Shown here: positions 29,612-39,775 of the stretch, piece by piece
Layout of the letters: each line of letters begins with the position of its first letter
How positions within the stretch are numbered: the first letter of the stretch is position 1
Assembly (NCBI GenBank): GCA_964503355.1
Contig: CAZCZS010000002.1
Location: 10,556 to 54,939 of the forward strand
Direction of reading: 5' to 3'
DNA length: 44,384 nt
Source: an uncultured Mesoaciditoga sp.
GTDB lineage: Bacteria; Thermotogota; Thermotogae; Mesoaciditogales; Mesoaciditogaceae
Made by a program: the position numbers and the translations under genes
Notes under the pieces: generated by a model
Databases searched by the model: none
What the model was told of the DNA's origin: nothing
The model's input: the letters and a program-made list of their open reading frames with translations, nothing else

Positions 29612-30181
29612 TTAAATAGGTTTTCCCCATGCGTTTAGAAATGCAAACTCTTTCATCTCAACTCTTCTTTTTATCTTTCGTGAGTATGATTCTTGAGCGC
29701 TTAAAGGACTGTAATCCGGATATCCAAGTGGTGTAAGACTTATCACACGAAGATCACGGGGTATATTCAAGATTTTCTTTATCCTTTCTTCGTTAAACAA
29801 CCCTATCCAACACGTTCCAAGTCCAATGGAAGCCGCCGCTATCATCATATTCTCCATAGAAGCTCCAAAGTCCACAAGATAGTATGGAATTCCCTCTCTC
29901 ATTCCGCTTTTGTTGGGATCAGCGACACCAACCACAACGCACGGCGCGTTTTTCATCCATGAATTCACATTCGTGACACTTTCGATGTCTGTAACCTCCT
30001 TTAAGAGCTTAGCATCTTCAACGACCACGTACCTTACTGGTTGTTCATTCTCCCACGAAGGAGCCAATCTCGCCGCTTCAAGCACGGCTAAAATCGCATC
30101 CTTTGGTACGGGAATGGGTTTGTACCTTCGCACGCTGTTTCTCAATTTGATGGCATTCGGTATATCGTACACACATGTCAC
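29612..30181 (-). CDS. Nitroreductase family protein
   Basis: RNSVRRY, AARLAPSWENEQP, GLGTCWIG, PLGYP. Confidence 0.92.
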   Translation of the reverse strand: MTCVYDIPNAIKLRNSVRRYKPIPVPKDAILAVLEAARLAPSWENEQPVRYVVVEDAKLLKEVTDIESVTNVNSWMKNAPCVVVGVADPNKSGMREGIPYYLVDFGASMENMMIAAASIGLGTCWIGLFNEERIKKILNIPRDLRVISLTPLGYPDYSPLSAQESYSRKIKRRVEMKEFAFLNAWGKPI

Positions 30182-30774
30182 CTCTTTCCAAAATGACCAT
30201 CATTGGCCGCTTTTTTCAAGAAATCGGCCAATTTTTTGAACGCTTGGGCCCTATGGCTTATACGATTTTTCTCCCATTGGCCCAATTCGGCCATCGTTTT
30301 ATCGTAACCTGAAGGTATGAAAATGGGATCGTAACCGAATCCCTCATTTCCCCTTGCCTTGTAAGCAATTCTACCTTCTATCACCCCTTCAAAGATGTGA
30401 GGAGTTCCATCGTAATAAACCACAACACAACTGAAACGGGCCCCACGCTTTTCAAAAGGCACATTCCTCATCATTTCCAGAATCGCCCTGTTCTTTTCGG
30501 TGTAACTCTTTGACTCCATGAAACGGGCCGATTTTACACCCAAGATCGTAGGTAACGAATATATGACCAAACCGCTGTCATCGGCGACAGAAGGTTCTTT
30601 GGTCATCTCAAAAGCGAATTTTGCCTTCTTCAAAGCGTTTTCTTCGTACGTTTTTCCATCTTCTACGACGTCAAAGCTCATGGGAACGAGTTCTAAGTCG
30701 CTTAACGTATCACCTAAGATTTCCTTTATTTCCTTTATCTTATGAGCATTTGAAGTCGCCAGAATCATTCTCAT
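30178..30774 (-). CDS. rdgB: Non-canonical purine NTP pyrophosphatase (dITP/XTP)
   Basis: ATSNAHK, ENALKKA, ADDSGL, GFGYDPIF, KNRISHR. Confidence 0.96.
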   Translation of the reverse strand: MRMILATSNAHKIKEIKEILGDTLSDLELVPMSFDVVEDGKTYEENALKKAKFAFEMTKEPSVADDSGLVIYSLPTILGVKSARFMESKSYTEKNRAILEMMRNVPFEKRGARFSCVVVYYDGTPHIFEGVIEGRIAYKARGNEGFGYDPIFIPSGYDKTMAELGQWEKNRISHRAQAFKKLADFLKKAANDGHFGKR

Positions 30775-33167
30775 TTTTTACTCTTCTTTCTCCCTTTTTT
30801 AGTTTTTTCTTTCGATTTCCCTTTTTCCTTCTCAGACGCGAGTAATTTTGATGTCCTTTCCAGCTCTTTGCAAACGAGGTAATTCACGCTTCCTCTGGTA
30901 TAATTCATGGATTTGTTCATCTTGCCCGCTTTCTTCTCCATCGCCACTTCTATGGCTTCATCCACACTTTCAACGGCCCAAATGTGGAATTTCCCCTTTT
31001 TCACGGCTTCAACAACTTCATCTGAGAGAACCAGATCATCCAAATTCGCTTTTGGTATGATAACTCCTTGGTCTCCAGTCAAGCCCTTATCTTTACAAAC
31101 CTTAAAGAAACCCTCTATCTTGTAGGGAACTCCTCCAACAGCTTGAACGTCTCCGTGTTGATTTATCGAACCTGTCACGGCTAAGGACTGTTTTATCGGC
31201 ACTTTAGATATGGCTGAAATGAGCGCCAACGTTTCCGCAACGGAGGCGCTGTCTCCATCCACCATGGAATAAGTTTGCTCAAAACTCAGTGTGGCCGATA
31301 AGGAAAGTCTGTTTTTCTGAGCGTATTTGGATGCAAAATAACTGGATAATATCAACACCGCTTTGGTGAAGATCTTTCCAGACATGTTAGCTTCCCGTTG
31401 AATGTCAACGACTCCGTGTTCGCCGAGATACGTTTTTGCGGTTATTTTAACGGGCATTCCAAAAGGATGTTCGGCCATTTCCAGAACAGTTAAACCGTTT
31501 ACCTGGCCCACTTTCTTCCCCGTAGTGTCTATCATTATTTCGTTTCTCTTAACGTATTCCAACATATGGTCTTCTTCCAAAGAGTAACGCTTGTTCATGG
31601 ACTCTAAAGCTTCTTTGACAGCTTCACGGTTGATGAGTCTTTTCTTTGCTTCGTGAGCTTTTCTATCGCTTTCCATCAAAAGCGCCATTATCTTGTTCAC
31701 CTGTGTTGATAACTTATCCTTTCTCTGAGCGAGTCTCATACCATACCTTATGACTTCTTCTATGGCGGATTTGTTAAGATTCAAAAGTTTCTTCTCGTTG
31801 ACGATCGATTTTATAAGGTAAAGGTAATAGTTCACTCCTCGTTCGTCCAAATTGAGCTCCCAATCAAAGGGGGCTTTTATCTTGAAAAATTTTCTGAAAT
31901 CGGCTTCGTATCTGTAAAGCAAATCGTACACCCACGGTTCACCTATCATTATTATCTTCGTGTTAACCTCTATGGGCTCGGGGTTCAACGTTACCGTTAT
32001 TCCATATCCCAAGTGATCCTGGATGTTTTCGATTTTCACCCTTCCACTGTTCAAAAATCTCTTTATTCCGTCCCAACTAAAAGGAGATCTCAATATGTCT
32101 TCCGCGTTCAATATTAAAAAACCACCGTTGGCTTTATGAACGATTCCCGGCCTTATAAACCGAAAATCCGTTTGAAGTGCTCCCATCATCGAATAATATT
32201 CAACTTTTCCAAACAAATTCGCGTAAGTGGGATTGAATTCTTCTATAACAGGTGCTCCTTGAGTTTCGGAATTATCCACGATCACGTTCACATCGTACCT
32301 GATCATGAATTTCTCTTTGTCCACCTTCTCATCTCTGAATACGTTCAAATTGTTGAGAATATCTTTTTTGATCTTCTTTATGTGGTCGACTATATCGGCG
32401 TTGTTTTTGAATTTTGCGATGAACTCGTCAAAAATCGGATCTATGGCGAATTTGGCTATCTCTTCATCGAGTTTCTCTATCTTAGATTGAAGCTCTCTAT
32501 CCAAGTTCCTGGATTTGTGCATCGTTCCATCGATAAGTCTTTTCACTTTTAGAATGTTGTCCTCGTACTTTTTCTTTATCTCAGGTGCCAATTTTTCGTA
32601 CTCTTCCTGAGTTAACGGCTTACCGTAAGCCACCGGTACGGTCATTATCCCCGTTGGACCTATTTGAACGGCAAAACCGAGTTCCAAGCTTTTTTCGTTG
32701 AGTTCGTTCCATATCTCCTTTTTCTTGGTGGCGTATTTTTCTTCCAATTCCCCGTGTTTCTTTTCGTAATCTGCACTGTTAAACGCTTTGGATATGGAAT
32801 TGACCACTTCTTTTTTCAAACCTTCTATGGTTTCTTTGAACTCCCGTGCGCGACCGGCTTTTAAAGATATAGCCCGTGGTGAAAGGGGATCGACGAAGTT
32901 GTACACGTAGATCCAATCGTTGGGAGTCGGCATTTTCGATGCGACTTTTTTCAACACCTCCCGTACAAATGTATGCCTACCACTTCCGGCTATACCAGAA
33001 ACGAAAACGTTGTAATTTTTGTTATCAAGTCCCAAAGCGTCATTTAAAGCGTCATATGCCCTTTCTTGATAAGCCAAACTTGGTGATAGTTTTATCTGGC
33101 GACTGGATTTTGGAATTTCAAATTCAGACAGATTTATTTCCAAATCACTTGGTAAAACTTTTTTCAT
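30771..33167 (-). CDS. Lon-like protease, LonC type (AAA-like domain with degenerate Walker A + S16 protease domain)
   Basis: GIAGSGRHT (K to R), HKANGGFLIL, coiled-coil insertion, VGQVNGL, DGDSAS...VGGVPYK Ser-Lys dyad. Start is probably ATG 33167. Confidence 0.9.
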   Translation of the reverse strand: MKKVLPSDLEINLSEFEIPKSSRQIKLSPSLAYQERAYDALNDALGLDNKNYNVFVSGIAGSGRHTFVREVLKKVASKMPTPNDWIYVYNFVDPLSPRAISLKAGRAREFKETIEGLKKEVVNSISKAFNSADYEKKHGELEEKYATKKKEIWNELNEKSLELGFAVQIGPTGIMTVPVAYGKPLTQEEYEKLAPEIKKKYEDNILKVKRLIDGTMHKSRNLDRELQSKIEKLDEEIAKFAIDPIFDEFIAKFKNNADIVDHIKKIKKDILNNLNVFRDEKVDKEKFMIRYDVNVIVDNSETQGAPVIEEFNPTYANLFGKVEYYSMMGALQTDFRFIRPGIVHKANGGFLILNAEDILRSPFSWDGIKRFLNSGRVKIENIQDHLGYGITVTLNPEPIEVNTKIIMIGEPWVYDLLYRYEADFRKFFKIKAPFDWELNLDERGVNYYLYLIKSIVNEKKLLNLNKSAIEEVIRYGMRLAQRKDKLSTQVNKIMALLMESDRKAHEAKKRLINREAVKEALESMNKRYSLEEDHMLEYVKRNEIMIDTTGKKVGQVNGLTVLEMAEHPFGMPVKITAKTYLGEHGVVDIQREANMSGKIFTKAVLILSSYFASKYAQKNRLSLSATLSFEQTYSMVDGDSASVAETLALISAISKVPIKQSLAVTGSINQHGDVQAVGGVPYKIEGFFKVCKDKGLTGDQGVIIPKANLDDLVLSDEVVEAVKKGKFHIWAVESVDEAIEVAMEKKAGKMNKSMNYTRGSVNYLVCKELERTSKLLASEKEKGKSKEKTKKGRKKSKK

Positions 33168-33448
33168 CGCGTGCAAGCGCACCAATCCACCTTCTTGGTG
33201 AAGAAAAATGCGCTCATTCCTCCCTTCTTCGAGTTCGTACAATTGGATATTTCTTCGTTTTCATCGAAAATCGAGACCTATTATTTGAAAGTCCTCCAGG
33301 GATAATTTCTTCGAGGTCTTTTCATTATATAACATATAAAGCGGCAGAATGTGAACGTTTTTCTCTTCAGTCAAAATTCCAACTCTAAAATGATGACTCT
33401 CCACTTTGTGTTAAAATTAAAGCATAGCGAAAATGGGAGGGGTAATCT

Positions 33449-35380
33449 ATGAAAAAGGTCACTTCAAAGGATTTCTTCAGCTTCAAATTTCTCGGTGATC
33501 CACAGATAAGTCCAGATGGCTCGAAAGTTATCTTCACGGTGAGTCAAGCTGATGAAAAGAAAAATGATTACGTTCAAAAGCTCTTCATGTACGATGGAAA
33601 AAGCACGAAAACGTTTACTTCAGGCCCGAAAGATGGAAACGCGCGGTGGTCTCCAACATCGCAAAAGATCGCTTTCATCTCAAAAAGATCCAAAGATGAT
33701 GGAAATGATTTGCTTGTCATAGATTCAAACGGCGGCGAAGCCCAGGTGGTCTCCCATTTCAAGAATGGTGTGGCCAGTGTTAAGTGGCTCGATGAAAAAT
33801 CCATGATAGCCGAAGTTGTGGAAAAAGAGAAAAAAGATCCCAAAGATGACGTTCATATCATAGATAAAATACCATTTTGGTTCAACGGACAGGGATTCAT
33901 TTACGACGTTTCAACTCAACTTTACCTTGTGACTCTCAACGGCAAGAAGAAAAAGCTCACACGAGAAAAAGCACCCATAGAGTTTTACGCCCCTTCTCCC
34001 GACGGGAAAAAAGTGGCTTTTGTGGAAGTCGTAGACATGGAAAAAAATCCTATGATTTCAGACATATACGTTTTGGAAATAGGCCAAGAAAAACCTGTCA
34101 AGATCACGAACTCGAAGTTATCCATAGGCAACCTCGCTTGGAGTCCTGATTCCAAGAAATTGGCATTTGTCGCCTCTGATATGAAAAAAGGCGCTTTCAC
34201 GAATCCTCGCATATACGTGATGAGTGCCAAGAAAAACGCCCGAATGAAAAAGATATGCGACGTCGATCTGTCAAAATGGAATGCCGTCAATAGCGACAGT
34301 AGAGCCTCCTCTCCAACGCCGTTTTATTGGGTAGGCGAATGGATCTATTTCACCATGACGGATGGTCCAGCCGCAAAAATTTATCGGGTCAAATATCCCG
34401 ACGGTAAAAAGGTTGAAGAGGTGATCTCCGGTCAAAGATGCGTCGACGGATTCAGCATAGCTTCAAGTGGAGAAATGGCATTCATTTCAATGGATTTTAC
34501 CTCTTTGGATGAACTTCACGTGATCAAAAACGGAAAAGAAAAACAGATCACACATATGAACGCCAGAGCGTTGCAAAAGTTGCAACTTTCTCAACCGGAG
34601 CATTTCGACGTTAAAACGTCAGATGGAAGAAAGATAGATGCGTGGATCATGAAACCTGTGAATTTCGATCCGAAGAAAAAATACCCGACCGTTCTCGAAA
34701 TCCACGGCGGGCCAAAAACCTCATACGGCTATGGTTTCTTTTTGGAATTTCAAATTCTCACCTCTCACGGATACGTCGTCATATTTTCCAATCCTCGTGG
34801 TAGCGATGGATACGGAGAAGATTTTGCAAACATATTTGGGGCTTATGGAAAGCGCGACTATCAAGATCTCATGGAAGTGATGGATACGTCGATAAGGCGA
34901 TTTGATTTCATAGACGAAAACAATTTGGGAGTTACCGGCGGCTCGTATGGCGGATACATGACCAATTGGATAGTTGGACATACAAAGAGATTCAAAGCGG
35001 CGGTATCTCAAAGGTCGATAAGCAACTGGATATCTTTCTTCGGTACGACTGACATAGGATATTTCTTTGGTCCCGAACAGCTTGGTGGAGATCCGTGGTC
35101 GAATTTTGAAGGGTACACGAAGATGTCTCCTTTGACTTACGCCAAAGACGTTGAAACGCCGTTGCTCTTCATTCATTCTATGGAAGATAAAAGATGTTGG
35201 ATGGCCGAAGCGTTGCAATTTTTCACGGCGTTGAAGTACTTCAAAAAAGAAACGAAGTTGGCCCTCTTTCCTCAAGAAACACACGAACTTTCTCGTTCCG
35301 GAAAACCGTTGCATAGAATTAAAAGGTTGGATCTGATTTTAGATTGGTTTGAATCTCATTTGAAGGGGAGTAAAAATTGA
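33449..35380 (+). CDS. S9 family peptidase (acylaminoacyl/dipeptidyl peptidase)
   Basis: PD40-like WSP repeats, IHGGP, NPRGS, GGSYGG, D (EDKRC) and H (ETHEL) of the catalytic triad; RBS GGAGG. Confidence 0.95.
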   Translation: MKKVTSKDFFSFKFLGDPQISPDGSKVIFTVSQADEKKNDYVQKLFMYDGKSTKTFTSGPKDGNARWSPTSQKIAFISKRSKDDGNDLLVIDSNGGEAQVVSHFKNGVASVKWLDEKSMIAEVVEKEKKDPKDDVHIIDKIPFWFNGQGFIYDVSTQLYLVTLNGKKKKLTREKAPIEFYAPSPDGKKVAFVEVVDMEKNPMISDIYVLEIGQEKPVKITNSKLSIGNLAWSPDSKKLAFVASDMKKGAFTNPRIYVMSAKKNARMKKICDVDLSKWNAVNSDSRASSPTPFYWVGEWIYFTMTDGPAAKIYRVKYPDGKKVEEVISGQRCVDGFSIASSGEMAFISMDFTSLDELHVIKNGKEKQITHMNARALQKLQLSQPEHFDVKTSDGRKIDAWIMKPVNFDPKKKYPTVLEIHGGPKTSYGYGFFLEFQILTSHGYVVIFSNPRGSDGYGEDFANIFGAYGKRDYQDLMEVMDTSIRRFDFIDENNLGVTGGSYGGYMTNWIVGHTKRFKAAVSQRSISNWISFFGTTDIGYFFGPEQLGGDPWSNFEGYTKMSPLTYAKDVETPLLFIHSMEDKRCWMAEALQFFTALKYFKKETKLALFPQETHELSRSGKPLHRIKRLDLILDWFESHLKGSKN

Positions 35381-35826
35381 AAGTAGTTACGACCAACTCA
35401 AAAGCGCGCAGGAATTTCGAAATTCTGGACAAGTACGAATGTGGTATCGAATTGAAGGGCACGGAAGTAAAATCCCTACGAGCAGGAAGTGTCAACATAA
35501 ACGACGCTTATTGTATCGTTAGGAAAGGAGAGTTGTTCATAGAAAACATGCACATCGCGCCTTACAAATCGGGAAACGTCTTCAACCACGAACCTTTGAG
35601 GCGTAGAAAACTTCTCATGCACAAAAGGGAAATAATCAGATTGGCAAGCAAACTTCAACAAAAAGGGTTAACACTCGTTCCACTTAAAGTGTACTTCAAC
35701 GATCGAGGAAAGGCAAAAGTTGAAATAGCTTTGGCAAAGGGAAAACACGTGTACGATAAACGTGAAGACATCGCGAAAAGGGATCAAGAAAGGGAGATAA
35801 GAAAACAGATGAAATACAAATACTGA
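35377..35826 (+). CDS. smpB: SsrA-binding protein
   Basis: GIELKGTEVKSLR, RKLLMHK, GLTLVP, AKGK..YDKR. Confidence 0.98.
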   Translation: MKVVTTNSKARRNFEILDKYECGIELKGTEVKSLRAGSVNINDAYCIVRKGELFIENMHIAPYKSGNVFNHEPLRRRKLLMHKREIIRLASKLQQKGLTLVPLKVYFNDRGKAKVEIALAKGKHVYDKREDIAKRDQEREIRKQMKYKY

Positions 35827-35845
35827 AATCTGGGGGTGGAAAAAA

Positions 35846-36925
35846 ATACATCCAAGACTCATCTTGAACGAAGAAGCTTTATTTTACAACGCTCAAAAAA
35901 TGGCCACTCTCTGTCACGAGAAAAACATACGTTTGGTGGCTGTCACCAAAGTGGTGTGTGGTGATCCACATATCGCGCGGATGTATTTAAAAGCCGGGGT
36001 GGACGCCATAGGAGATTCTCGAATACAAAACATCGTCAAAATGAGAAAAAACGGCATCGAAGGTCCATACGAGCTCATAAGAATCCCAATGATAAGTGAA
36101 GTGCCTTTGGCCGTTGAAAATTCGGACGTCATATTGATTTCCGAAATAAGGGTGTTGAAAGAGATCGCGAAACGCGCTGCCGAGCTGAAAAAAAGGCAAA
36201 AGATCCTCTACATGGTGGATATCGGAGACTTAAGAGAAGGAGTATGGTATCCAGAAGCCGTCGAAGAGATCTCGAAGGCCGTTGAAATTCCTTCTATAGA
36301 GTTGTACGGTATAGGAACGAATTTAGGATGTTACGGTGGTGTGATCCCGGATGAAGAACGTATGAGAGTTTTGATAAACGTGGCAAAAAAGCTGGAAGAA
36401 AAAGGAATAAAAGTAAACGTCGTAAGCGGAGGAAATACGGCTGCCGTTTATCTTATGCAAAAAGGTACGTTACCTCAGCGAATAAACGAATACAGAATAG
36501 GGGAAGCCATTGCCCTTGGAACGGACATCACCAACGGTAAAACCTTTGATTTTTTAAGACAAGATACTTTCACTCTCGAAGCGGAAGTCGTGGAAGTGAA
36601 AAGAAAACCATCAATACCTCAGGGGAAAATAGGAAAAGATTCAATGGGAAGAACTCCTCACTTTGAAGACAAGGGAATACGCTTAAAAGCGATAGTGGCC
36701 TTGGGTGAACAGGATATAGCCTGCGATGGTTTGATTCCACTAGACAAGGGAATAGACGTTTTGCACGCTTCGAGCGATCACACCGTTTTGGACGTAACAG
36801 AATGTGAAAAAAACATATCTGTTGGTGATAAGATAAGATTCAGATTGAAATACAACGCCTTGTTAAGAGCTATGACTTCATCATACGTGGAGAAAACGTG
36901 GCTTAAGGGACCAAAAAAATCGTAA
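35846..36925 (+). CDS. PLP-dependent amino-acid racemase (Orr / lysine-ornithine racemase family)
   Basis: AVTKV (PLP Lys), DSR, GDLREG, GTNLGCYGG, SGGN, RIGE, SSDH. Start is either ATA 35846 (see findings) or TTG 35864. Confidence 0.88.
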   Translation: MHPRLILNEEALFYNAQKMATLCHEKNIRLVAVTKVVCGDPHIARMYLKAGVDAIGDSRIQNIVKMRKNGIEGPYELIRIPMISEVPLAVENSDVILISEIRVLKEIAKRAAELKKRQKILYMVDIGDLREGVWYPEAVEEISKAVEIPSIELYGIGTNLGCYGGVIPDEERMRVLINVAKKLEEKGIKVNVVSGGNTAAVYLMQKGTLPQRINEYRIGEAIALGTDITNGKTFDFLRQDTFTLEAEVVEVKRKPSIPQGKIGKDSMGRTPHFEDKGIRLKAIVALGEQDIACDGLIPLDKGIDVLHASSDHTVLDVTECEKNISVGDKIRFRLKYNALLRAMTSSYVEKTWLKGPKKS

Positions 36926-36939
36926 AAGGAGAAGCAAAA

Positions 36940-38340
36940 ATGGAACGTGAAAATTTGCAAGAGGTCAACAAAAGGGAATTTTTATCCCTCTTCGATTCCA
37001 TGAACGTTGGAATTCATATTCATAGAGAGGGAAAGATACTATACGCCAACCCACATATTTTAAAATTATACAAAGTCAAATCACTTGAAGAGGTAAAAAA
37101 CAAATCCGTCATCAATTTTGTGGATACCGAATACCACGAAGTGTTCAACACGAATGTAAAATCCGTCATGAAAGATAAACTTATTCCACCTGTTTTGGAA
37201 AAAACAAAAGACGCTCAAGGTAACACCTTGTGGGTTGAGGTAAACGTTAACAAAGTCCTCTTCGATGGGCAAGTGGCCATTTTGAGTGTTGTGAGAGACG
37301 TTACGAAAATGGTAGAAAAGGAAAAAATCCTTTCTCACGTGTACAATTTGGAATTGATAAAGGGCATGGCCGCTCTGTTTAAAAAAGAAAACGTCCTTGA
37401 AAGTATAGGAACGAAAACGTATGAATACTGCAAAAACAACGGGATAGCCGATTACATCTACATAGCATCAGTTAAAGAAAATGAAATAGTCATAGAATGG
37501 TCTGAACACATCGACGTGACGAAAAAAGTTCTCAACAAAAACCGGGATAAAGGTGTACTTTGGTACATAGCCGACACGCAAAAAGAGCTTTATCTGCCCA
37601 ACGTTTTCGACTTCGAGATGGGTGATTACAAACGGGTGAGTTTATACAACGGCGCGCTCGACACGCCCCTATCTTATTTTGGAATCCCCATAAAAGAGGG
37701 AAACAAAGTGAAGATGATAGTTTCTTTCTTGAAAAAAGGCTACGGAGCATTTTCCGAAATGGACTTCACGTTTTTTAAAGCTTTAGCGGCTCAAATAGAA
37801 GTCGCCTCAGAGTTTGATGCCATCATGAAAGAGTTGAAAAGAGAAAGGGAAAAATTTAGAGATTTAGCAATGGAAGACGCTCTGACAGGCGTTTACACAA
37901 GGCATTTTTTCAACGAATGGATTAGAAACTACTACGAAATCATCAAGCGAAAAAACGAATACGCTTCCATCGTCATGATGGACATAAATCACTTCAAAAA
38001 GATAAACGATACTTACGGGCATTTGGTGGGAGATGAAGTTTTAAAGAGAGTTGGAAAGATCCTCAAGCAAAGTCTAAGAAAGATGGATTTGGTCGTCAGA
38101 TACGGGGGAGATGAATTTTTGATGGTCTTTCCACAAACGGCCGCGAAAAGAGTGAACATCATATTGGAAAGAATACAATCCAAAATCTCCCATTTGAAAA
38201 GAGATTTTGGATTCGAAGTTACACTTTCTTATGGAATTTCATATATAAGCTCTGAAATAGATTATAAGCGGGCGTTGAAAAGCGCCGATGAAAAGATGTA
38301 CGCCATGAAAGCAGGGCTTTCCAAAGAGGATAATGGGTGA
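36940..38340 (+). CDS. PAS-GAF-GGDEF diguanylate cyclase
   Basis: DALTG, DINHFKKINDTYGH, RKMD I-site, intact RYGGDEF, ADEKMY. Confidence 0.93.
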   Translation: MERENLQEVNKREFLSLFDSMNVGIHIHREGKILYANPHILKLYKVKSLEEVKNKSVINFVDTEYHEVFNTNVKSVMKDKLIPPVLEKTKDAQGNTLWVEVNVNKVLFDGQVAILSVVRDVTKMVEKEKILSHVYNLELIKGMAALFKKENVLESIGTKTYEYCKNNGIADYIYIASVKENEIVIEWSEHIDVTKKVLNKNRDKGVLWYIADTQKELYLPNVFDFEMGDYKRVSLYNGALDTPLSYFGIPIKEGNKVKMIVSFLKKGYGAFSEMDFTFFKALAAQIEVASEFDAIMKELKREREKFRDLAMEDALTGVYTRHFFNEWIRNYYEIIKRKNEYASIVMMDINHFKKINDTYGHLVGDEVLKRVGKILKQSLRKMDLVVRYGGDEFLMVFPQTAAKRVNIILERIQSKISHLKRDFGFEVTLSYGISYISSEIDYKRALKSADEKMYAMKAGLSKEDNG

Positions 38341-38357
38341 ATGCTGAAAAGTATGAG

Positions 38358-39170
38358 TTATTCGAAAGGAACGAACTCTCTTTGCCCATTTAGATATCCC
38401 AATACGATTTCTTTGAAATTAGGGTATCTCCCTATCTCTTTTGAGGTCTTTACAAGTGTTTCATTTTCAACCAAACCGACAACCTCTCCTTCAATCTTTT
38501 CATCGGAAGAAATTATTCTATGGGAAGCTTTCGCATCGTCGATGTTGTCAGAATAAAGCACTTTACCTTCCTTTATTATCGCAAATGATGTTGATATTTC
38601 CTCAAGTTCATATATTTCGTGAGAAGATATTATGATCGTTTTTCTCTTCTTGAAGGCGTAATCACTTATCACTTTGAGCACTTCGCCTCTGATCAACGGA
38701 TCAAGATGCTGCGTCGGTTCGTCTAGCAACAGAACGTCTGCGCCAGTTGCGAGTGTAAGGGCGATGTAAAAGAGCGTTTTCATTCCTATCGAATAAGTTT
38801 CAACACGCTGTTTGAGATCGAAACCATAATGAAGGACGAATTTAGAGAAAGTTTTGGCGTCCCACCTTGGGTACAACAAGCTCCACATCTTCGCGTAATC
38901 GTTGCCGGTGAATCTCCTAAAAGTTTTTCTTTCTTCGTTCATCACAGCGATTTTTTCTTTGATTTTTGGAGTGAATTTTTTATCGAATAGCTCTATTCTC
39001 CCACCGTTGGGGAACAAATCACCGTATATGCATCTAAGGGTTGTGGTTTTTCCAGCACCGTTTGGCCCTATAAGTGCGAATATTTCACCTTCTTCAACGG
39101 CAAAATTTACCCCGTTCAACACCGGCTTTCCGCAAAAATTTTTCTGTAAATTTTCAACTCTAACGATCAT
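38358..39170 (-). CDS. ABC exporter ATPase (YtrB-like)
   Basis: GPNGAGKTT, YSIGMK signature, LLLDEP, SSH. Confidence 0.92.
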   Translation of the reverse strand: MIVRVENLQKNFCGKPVLNGVNFAVEEGEIFALIGPNGAGKTTTLRCIYGDLFPNGGRIELFDKKFTPKIKEKIAVMNEERKTFRRFTGNDYAKMWSLLYPRWDAKTFSKFVLHYGFDLKQRVETYSIGMKTLFYIALTLATGADVLLLDEPTQHLDPLIRGEVLKVISDYAFKKRKTIIISSHEIYELEEISTSFAIIKEGKVLYSDNIDDAKASHRIISSDEKIEGEVVGLVENETLVKTSKEIGRYPNFKEIVLGYLNGQREFVPFE

Positions 39171-39775
39171 TTGGATATCTCCTTCCTTTCAAAAAGTACG
39201 TATGCCAAAATTAAAAGAACAAGGGCAAAGATGAGAGCGGCTATACGATTGCCTTGATAAATCGGACTGATCATAGAATAAGGATTAAAACCACTTGGCG
39301 AACTTAGAAAATTGTAAGTGAATTTCCAACCACTTCCAACAGAACCAAAAAAGCTATCGGCTATAAGTACAAGGAATGGGATCACGAAATTTCCAAATCC
39401 AAAAATTGCGGAAATCATCGCCACACCGAAATAAGCGCTTGAAAAGATCAGAGTTCCAATCACATCTTTTATCATCGTCCAACTTGATACACCTAAAAGT
39501 GCACCTGCGAGCATCTGAGTGATCACGGCAAAAGCTATCAAAAAAATGTAAGAACACCAAAAAACGTTTGAGCGTGAAAAAGGTAAAGCCATCATGATCT
39601 TTATCCTTCCATTGTGTATATCCCTTGGCAAAAGGGCCAAAGTTATCATTAAAAACAGAAAAAAGAACCTCCAAGAAAACAATTGTGGAATCAAAAGGAA
39701 CCACGCCAACATCAGTATAAGACCAGCCCTTTCTTTGATAACTTTCGCAGAGTACGCCTCCATTTTATTCAACAT
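39167..39775 (-). CDS. ABC-2-type permease
   Basis: 5-6 TMs with the MALPFSR motif; lies between GntR and the ATPase. Confidence 0.75.
   Translation of the reverse strand: MLNKMEAYSAKVIKERAGLILMLAWFLLIPQLFSWRFFFLFLMITLALLPRDIHNGRIKIMMALPFSRSNVFWCSYIFLIAFAVITQMLAGALLGVSSWTMIKDVIGTLIFSSAYFGVAMISAIFGFGNFVIPFLVLIADSFFGSVGSGWKFTYNFLSSPSGFNPYSMISPIYQGNRIAALIFALVLLILAYVLFERKEISK

Noticed and set aside
35827-35863. ssrA next to smpB
   Set aside because: The gap is under 40 bp; the GGGGGTG here is better read as an SD.
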